A stretch of 64,000 nt of DNA from an uncultured Bacteroidales bacterium (GTDB taxonomy: Bacteria; Bacteroidota; Bacteroidia; Bacteroidales; CAIXZF01): contig CAIXZF010000036.1 in assembly GCA_903923925.1 (NCBI GenBank), positions 1,093-65,092 of the forward strand. The letters run 5' to 3'. The notes under the pieces were generated by a model. It was given only the letters and a program-made list of their open reading frames with translations. It did not search any database and was not told the DNA's origin. Below, one piece after another: positions 17,845 through 26,800 of the stretch. A program made the translations under genes and the position numbers. How positions within the stretch are numbered: the stretch's first letter is position 1; each line of letters starts with the position of its first letter.

Positions 17845-20800
17845 ATGAAAAAAACGATTCTCCTTTTGGGTTCAATCCTTTTGTTAGTTGGAATGTCTTA
17901 TGGGCAGATAACTATAAGCGGATCAATAGGTGCAAACGGCACTTATACTTCTCTTACAAATGCAGCAGGAGCTTTTGCTGCAATTAATGGCACTGTTCAA
18001 ACCGGTGCTATAATTACAATTAGTATAACGGCTGATGTTACAACAGAAGCCGGAACCAATGCTTTAAATTCGGGAGCATGGACATCCTTGTCAATTAATC
18101 CAAGTGGGGTAAGAACAATTAGTGGAGCTGTAACAGGACATCTGATTGATTTTAATGGTGCGAGTAATGTTACGATTAATGGATTAAATGCCGGTGGAAA
18201 TTCGCTGGTACTTTCGAATACTGCAATAGGTGCATCAAGTACTGTACGCTTTACAAATGATGCTTCAAATAATACAATAACAAATTGTGTTTTACAGGGA
18301 TCAAGCACAAGTTTTGGTGTGATTTATTTTGGAACAGGAACAGTAACCGGAAACGATAATAATGTTGTAAGTAATTGCAGCATAGCTCCGGCCGGTTCAA
18401 ATTTACCGCTTAACGGTGTCTATTCTATGGGGTCAAGTTCAATTATTGATAATAGCAACATTACGGTTTCAGGAAATAATATTTATGATTTTTTCAGTTC
18501 AACGCTTGCGTCTAATGGGATGAACATCAATTCATTTAATTCGGCCTGGACGATTACAAACAACAAATTGTATCAGAGTTTTTCTAAAAACTATTCAACG
18601 GCCAATACACATTGCGGGATATTTATTACGTCCGGCTCAGGGTATACAATTACGGGTAATACAATAGGATATGCAAGTGCTGGTGGTACTGGTACTTATG
18701 TAATGACGAGCACTGTTGCTACCCGATTTATTGGTTTTAATTTAGCAGTAGGTACGACAACAGCTACAACTTCAATCCAGGGGAATACTGTTACTGCAAT
18801 AAGCCTGGCAACTTCGAGCGGAGCAAGTACTACATATGGCATACTTTGTGGTTTTAATATCACTTCCGGGAATGTTAATATGGGTAATGTAACCCCCAAT
18901 ATTATAGGCGGTGCAAGCGGAACGAATTTGCTTTCTGCTGTGCCAACAACCACAGGTGGTATGGTAGTAGGTATTAATACTTCTTCTACTGGAACTATAT
19001 TAATTCAGAATAATGTAATTGGTGGCTTTTATTCTTCCGGAACAACAGCTGCTGTTGCAGGCGCTGTTTGTGGAATTGATGTTTCAGGAGTAGCAGCTTC
19101 GATGACTATCACCGGGAACACGATTGGTAATACAACGGCAAACAGCATGCAGGCAGGAACATTAACTACTACAGGAAGTTCTTTCGCTGCCGGGATTTAT
19201 CTTCCAAGCACATCAACCACTGCAACAATAACAAATAATACAATTCAGAATTTGACTTCTTATGGAACAGGAGCATCTGGTTATGTAAGGGGAATATTTA
19301 CAGCAGCTTCGTCGGCAGCAATAGCCACATTAAACATAAACAGCAATACCATTTTTAACCTTACATCCAATAATACAAATGCTTCAATTTCGAATGGAAA
19401 CGCAGGAGGAGTGGGTATTAACCTTGGAACAGGTTCTGTAACAAGTGTGTCGAACAATACTATTTACAATATTTCGCTTACGAATACAGGAACTGGTGGT
19501 TATTTTGCTGCAGGTATTACTCTTGCAAATGCAACATCACCGCTTGTTTCAAATAATAAAATATACAATATAACAAATGCCAGCACATCGGTAACTGCGA
19601 CAGCTCCTGGTATTGCAGCAGGTGTTATTGTTCGTTCAGCAACAACAGCAGCAATCGTTGTTAATAATATGATTTCATTAGGTAACGGACAAACAAGCAA
19701 CACTGCGTTTATTGGAATTCAGTGTAATCATGGTTCTTCACCAAATCCTAATGATTACATTTATTATAATACTATAAATATTGAAGGTACTGCAGCGGCA
19801 GGGGCAATGCCAAGTTTTTGTTTTTATCGTGGAGATTTTAGTACAACGGCAAGAACAATGACTGTAGATATCCGGGATAATATATTATCGAACACCAGAT
19901 CTGGTGGTACGGGGAAACATTATGCAATTGCCAACAATTATGGAGCTTCGGCTGTATCAGCTGTGGGTTGGAGTGCTAATGCATCTAATTATAATGTATT
20001 AAATGGAAATATAGCAACTATTGGATATTGGGGAGCTGACAGGACCTTTTCAGATTGGAAAACAGTATCCTTGTCTGACGCCAATAGTTTATCAGCAGTT
20101 TCCACACCTTTCGTTAGTACAGCTGCTGGAAATTTACATTTAAATTTCGGATTAACTCCGACTCAGATTGAATCTGGGGGTGTTGCAATTGCTGGTATAA
20201 CAACAGACATCGATGGGCAAACCAGGCCAGGCCCGGTTCCATCAGTGAATGGTGCAGGTTTATTCCCTGATATAGGAGCAGATGAATTTGATGCAGTTTT
20301 ACTTGATTTAAATCCTCCGGTAATTACTTACACACCTGTACCGAATACAGCTTCAACATCTGTACGGACATTAGTTGCTACTATTACGGATGTTTCAGGC
20401 GTTGCCTCAGGCGTAAATAAACCAGTTCTTTACTGGAAAATAAATTCAGCAGCTACCTATACCGGACCTGTTTCACCAATATCAATTTCAGGAAGTTCCT
20501 ATACCTATACATTTGGTTCAGGAGTAGTTACAGGTGATTTTGTTTCCTATTTTATTGTAGCTCAGGATATTTCTTCAAATAATAATGTTGGTTCTTATCC
20601 TGCTGGTGCTACGGTTACAGCTAACCCACCATTGGCTTCAGCCGGTCCGCCAGCTCCAAGTATCTATTCGATTTTGTACTTATTGTGTGGTTCAAAAACC
20701 GTTGGTACTGTAGGTGCTGATTATCCTACAATAACGGCAGCATTAGCAGATTTAAATTCGAAAGAGCTTTGCGGTCCTTTGACGCTAACACTACTTGATG

Positions 20801-23800
20801 CAAGCTATGCTACTGAGACATTGCCACTGGTTATTAATGCTAATCCAGGTTCAAGTCTTACGAATACAGTAAAAATAAAACCTGCAATAGGGATTAGTAC
20901 TACCATTTCAGGCGCATCGGCAAGCGGTCCAGTTTTTAAAATTCTAAACAGTAATACAACTGTTGATGGATCAAATACTGTAGGGGGGACGACGAAGGAT
21001 ATAATTGTTGCCAATACCAGTGCAACCAGTCCTAGTGTTTTTGTTATCGGTTCAACAGGTACGACCCCAATAACAGGAGTTACAGTAAAAAACTGCACAA
21101 TTATTAATGGTGCGAATACTGCTACTGCTGTAACTATAAGTGATGGAATCGTAGCTGGTACGGTGGGGTATTTTAATAATATCACTATTCAGAACAACAG
21201 CATTCAAAAGGCGTATATTGGCATTTATGCGATTGCTAATATGGCTGCCGGTAACGGAAGTGGCTTAATGATTACCGGAAATGATCTGAGTACTTCAGGT
21301 GCGAATTCGATACGACTTGTCGGACTTTATGTACAAGGTGTTGATGGCTGTACCTTGTCAAATAATTTAATTGGCAATATTGCCAATACACTTGATGCGG
21401 CAAATCTCACGGGGATCTGGCTTGCTACGGGTACGATAAATGCTAATTTGACTGGTAATACTATATCTGCTATTAGTGGGACTTTAACCAGTCCAAGAGG
21501 GATTGCTGTGAGTTCAGCAGTAAGCGGGTCTAATGTAACTATATCAGATAATGTAATATCCAGCATGACCAGTATTATTTCTCAGGTAAGCTATGGTATT
21601 TATTTTTTCAGTACTACCAGCGGATGTATAATTCAACGGAACAAAATATCTGATATAAAGAATACAAACTCGGGTGGTTACAGTGCTATTGCAATAGCAC
21701 TTGGGTCAACATTAACGGATGCAAATACAACTGTTCAGAATAACTTCATATGGGATGTAGCCGGATATGGTTATGCTTCTACAACTACCGACAACGGTTA
21801 TGGAATAAATATTTTAAGTGGAGGTGGTTACAGGCTCTATTACAACTCTGTTAATCTTGCAACAGACCAGACGTCTACAACTGGAGTTCCAGCTGCATTG
21901 ATTATTAATTCTTTAGTTACAACTGCAAACAGTCTTGATATCAGGAATAACATTTTCTCAATTACTTCTGCTATTGGTACAAACCGTTATTCAGTTTTAT
22001 GCAATGCTGCCAACACTGTATTCTCATTTCTGAATTATAATGATTATTATTCAACTGGACCTAATTTAGGGTATATTGGTGCAGACAGACTTGATTTGGC
22101 TGCATGGCAGACAGGAACTGGTAAAGATGCCAACAGTGTATCAGGTTCACCTAGTTATGTGAGTAACACTAATTTACACATTCTGTTCAGTGCGGTTACT
22201 CCTGTTAGTAATTCAGGTAATACCATTGCCGGTGTGACTACCGATATCGATGGTGATACACGAACATCCACTCCTGATATGGGAGCTGATGAATATACTT
22301 ACATCTCGTCTACAGTTGTTGATCCTACTGCTGTAGCAGCGAATGCAATACATTCGACAAAGATTAATCTTTCTTTCGTTCCGAATGTTAGCACAAATGA
22401 TGTTGTTATTGTATGGAGCTTAACGAATACGTTTACCGCACCTTCCGGAACTCCAACTGTTGGTGGTCCTTTAGCTGGTGGCATCGTTCTTTCAATTGGA
22501 ACAAGCTCACCGGTGAGCCATACAGGTCTGACCCCATTAGTTCCATATTATTATATGGTATACTCCTATAATGGATATTTTTATTCTCCGGGAGTTGCTG
22601 TTACAGCGACTCCTATGGTTGCTCCTCCTGCTGCATTTACTGCAACGCCAGTAAGCTCCACCCAGATAAACCTCGCATATTCCTTGAATGCGCAATCTAA
22701 TAATGTTGTAATAGCGACAGCTCCTACTTCTACTTTTGGTGCTCCAGTAAACGGTACACCACTTGTTGTCAACAATACTATTGTTGGAGGTGGCACTGTT
22801 ATATATGTTGGGCCTCTGGCTGCTTTTAATCATACATCCCTTACCATGAATACAGCATATTATTATGCAATATGGTCATATGATGCTTTTAACTATTATT
22901 CTAATCCAGGAGTTACTGCTAATGCGACCACTCAATGTATCCTTCCTTCAATTACCGGAACAGCTCCGGGTTCACGTTGTGGTACAGGAACTGTAGTACT
23001 TGGTGCTACTTCCTCTGCCGGGACAATCAATTGGTATTCAACACCTACTTTAGGAACATCTTTAGGAACAGGTACAAGCTTTACAACGCCGATTCTTTCT
23101 GCGAACACCACTTACTATGTCGACGCAAATAACTCTGGTTGTATAACTTCTACAAGAACTGCAGTGCTTGCAACTGTAACAGAAATACCAACGATTACAG
23201 GAACCACTGCTGGTTCTCGTTGTGGTACAGGAACAGTTGTTTTGAATGCGACATCGAGTGCCGGTACTGTTTATTGGTATAGTGTTTCTACTAATGGCAC
23301 ATCATTAGGCTCCGGTTCACCTTTTACAACTCCGGTAATTTCAAGTAACACAACCTACTGGGTAGATGCTACACTGAATGGTTGTACAAGCGGATCAAGG
23401 ACTTCAGTTTTAGCAAGCGTTAATGCACTGCCAGCAAATCCTTTAATCTCATCAGCAAGTACAAACCTTACCTGTCTTAGTCCTTCAATTTTACTCACGG
23501 CATCTTCAACAACACCAGGTGTAAGTTATTCCTGGTCCAGCGGAGGAACACTTGCAACAACTACAGTAGTGAATCAAGGGACATATACCGTAACTATTTC
23601 CATTCCCGCGACAGGTTGTTATGCTGCTCCAAGCATTGTAATTACTAAGGATCCATCGTTGCCAACTTCCCCGTCTATTGCGGCGCCCACAACAATACTG
23701 ACCTGCTCAACAACATCCATTATACTAACAGCTTCTGCAATTGATAATTCGCCACCTGCAAACCTTACATATTCATGGTCAGGAGGCGGAACTACAGCAA

Positions 23801-26800
23801 CAAAGTCGGTTTCTGCACCAGGAACTTATTTTGTTACTATTACAGATCCTGATAATGGCTGTTCAACGAATACGAGTATATTGATCTCACAAAATATAGC
23901 TGCTCCTTCGTCAATAGTTATTAATTCGTCAGCTGCAGCACTTACATGTGCAACAACTTCGATTCTTTTAACAGCGTCTGCTACTGATAATTCAGGTTTA
24001 TCAAACCTAACTTATTTATGGTCAGGGGGTGGAACAGGGACTACTAAAACAATAACTACTGTTGGAACCTATGTGATAACCGTTACTGATCCAGATAACG
24101 GATGTTCCAATACGGGTTCGAAGGTTATCACTCAAAGTATTACAGGCCCAACATCAGCCGTAATTAATTCGCCAACAACTGTAATTACATGCAGTGTGCC
24201 ATCTATTGTGCTTACAGCTTCTGCAACAGATCCTTATCTAACCAGTAATCTTACCTATTTGTGGTCAACCACTGCCACAACTGTTGCTATCACAGTAACT
24301 ATCCCTGGTACTTATACAGTTACGATAACAGATCCTGACAATGGATGTTCATCTGTTGCAAGTGTTCTTATTACTCAGCCAATTGGGCTGCCTGCTGCAC
24401 CTGTAAGTGGCGGAGACCAGATTAATTGTCAGGTTCCAATACAGACAATTGTAGCCACAGCTACTCCACCAACTGGCTCGTCGGTTGTTTGGTTTGATGC
24501 TGCTACTCTGGGAAATATTGTTGCAAGCCCGAGCCTGAGTGCTTTAGGAACTGTGAATTATTGGGCTGCTTCCATGTTTATTTCAACAGGTTGTTATAGT
24601 TTGACCAGAACTAAAGTAACACTCAATATTGTGCTTCCAGTTGGTACACCGACTCCAATCAGTGTTTCTTCAGGCACTGAGCCATCATGCCAGATAAATA
24701 CGAATTCGACAACTACTACCTATGGAACCACTGCAATTGGCAGTACTGGTTTTAACTGGACTACAAACAATCCTGCAGCAGGTACAATTGGTGCTTCAAC
24801 AGGAGTAATGGCCTGGACTAATGGCTTTTCAGGAACTGTACAAATACAGGCTATAGCACTTGGTTGCAATGGTCCATCATCAATGGTGACACGTACTGTT
24901 ATTGTTAAACCTCCAATAGGTCAAACTTCCTTCTTTGTTGGACCTGTTTCAACACGTTGTCAGGGAGCTGGCACAGAAACATATTCAGCTTCAGCAGCAA
25001 ATACTTCCAATATCGTCTATGCCATTTCTCCAACTGGGTTGAATACAATTAATTCAGCCACCGGACTTGTAACCTGGAATGCAGCCTTTAGTGGTACAGC
25101 AGTGATTACTGCGACAGCTTCAGGTTGTTATGGTCCTACAACTGCAACGCATACTGTAACAGTAACGGCATGGACAATACCTACTTTTACAGCAGGCGTT
25201 TCTTCTGTATGTGTGCCTTCGGCTGGTAATGTATATTCCACACAAACTGGCATGAATAATTACTCCTGGACGGTTTCCGCCGGAGGGACAATTACTTCAG
25301 GTTCAGGCAGTTCATCGATCACTGTTACATGGAATACGGCTGGTCCGCAAACAGTTACTGTTTCCTATCTGAACACATACTGGTGCAGTGCTCCTACTTC
25401 TGGAGTTTATACTGTTAATGCTTATTCGCATCCTGTTTCCACACTTTCTGGTCCAGCATCAATGTGTGTTGGTTCAGCAGGGAATGTATATACAACTGAG
25501 GCTGGAATGTCGGCTTATAGCTGGGTAGTTTCTGCGGGCGGTACAATCACTGCAGGTGGTAACAGCAGCAGCAATACAGTTACAGTTACATGGACAACAG
25601 CAGGATCAAAAACAGTTAGTGTAAATTACTCGAATGCAAACGGATGTACAACTACTTCGACCGCTGTTGTGCCTGTTACTGTAAATGCATTACCTGTTCC
25701 GACGATTACCGGTCCTAACGCAATGTGCATTGGAACTGCCGGAAATGTTTACACAACACAAAGTGGAATGTCGAATTATATTTGGACAGTTTCTCCAGGT
25801 GGAACAGTTACAGCAGGAGGAAATTCCTCCAGTAATACTGTTACTGTTACATGGAATACTACCGGAGCTAAAACTGTAACTGCAACGTATACTAATCTGA
25901 ATGCTTGCGTTGCAAGCAGCCCGGCAAGTTATGCTGTTACTGTTAATGCACTCCCTATTCCTGTGATTACAGGTCCTTCAACTATGTGTGCAGGAACTAC
26001 AGGAAGTGTTTATGTTACTCAGGCAGGGATGTCAAATTATAGTTGGAGTATCTCAGGCGGAGGAACAATTGTAGCAGGAGGGACATCAGCAAGTAATACT
26101 GTCACAGTGAACTGGGTAACTCCAGGAAGCCAATCTGTTCATGTAAATTATACAAATGCAAATGCTTGTACAGGTGCAGTTCCGGCTGGTTATAATGTCA
26201 CTGTAAATTCATTGCCTGTTCCAACATTAAGTGGTCCGGCAATTGTTTGTTCAGGAGCTGCCGCTAATGTTTACACAACGCAAGCTGGAATGACAGCCTA
26301 TTCCTGGATTGTATCACCCGGTGGTACAATAACTTCTGGTGGCACTTCGGCATCAAATAGTGTGACAGTTACATGGAGTTCTACAGGAGCAAAAACAGTA
26401 ATTGTTAATTATGTTAATGCTAACTCCTGTACATCTGCCAATCCTGCAGTATTTAATGTACTTGTTAATACTCTTCCAACACCTTCAATAACAGGACCTT
26501 CATCATTTTGTGGTCCACAGGCAGGCAACACTTATACAACTCAGCCAGGGATGAGTAATTATTCATGGAATGTATCAACAGGTGGTACAATAACTGCCGG
26601 AGGTACTGCATCGAGCAATACAATAACAATAAACTGGACTACTCTTGGAAACCATAGCCTTGGGGTTACTTATTCTGATCCAAATGGTTGTGCAGCTCCT
26701 GTTGCAGCAAACTTTAATGTATCGGTAAATCCGGTTGTTGTTCCATCGATAAGTGGTCCTTATTCAGTTTGTGCCACAATCCCTGGAAATGTTTACTCAA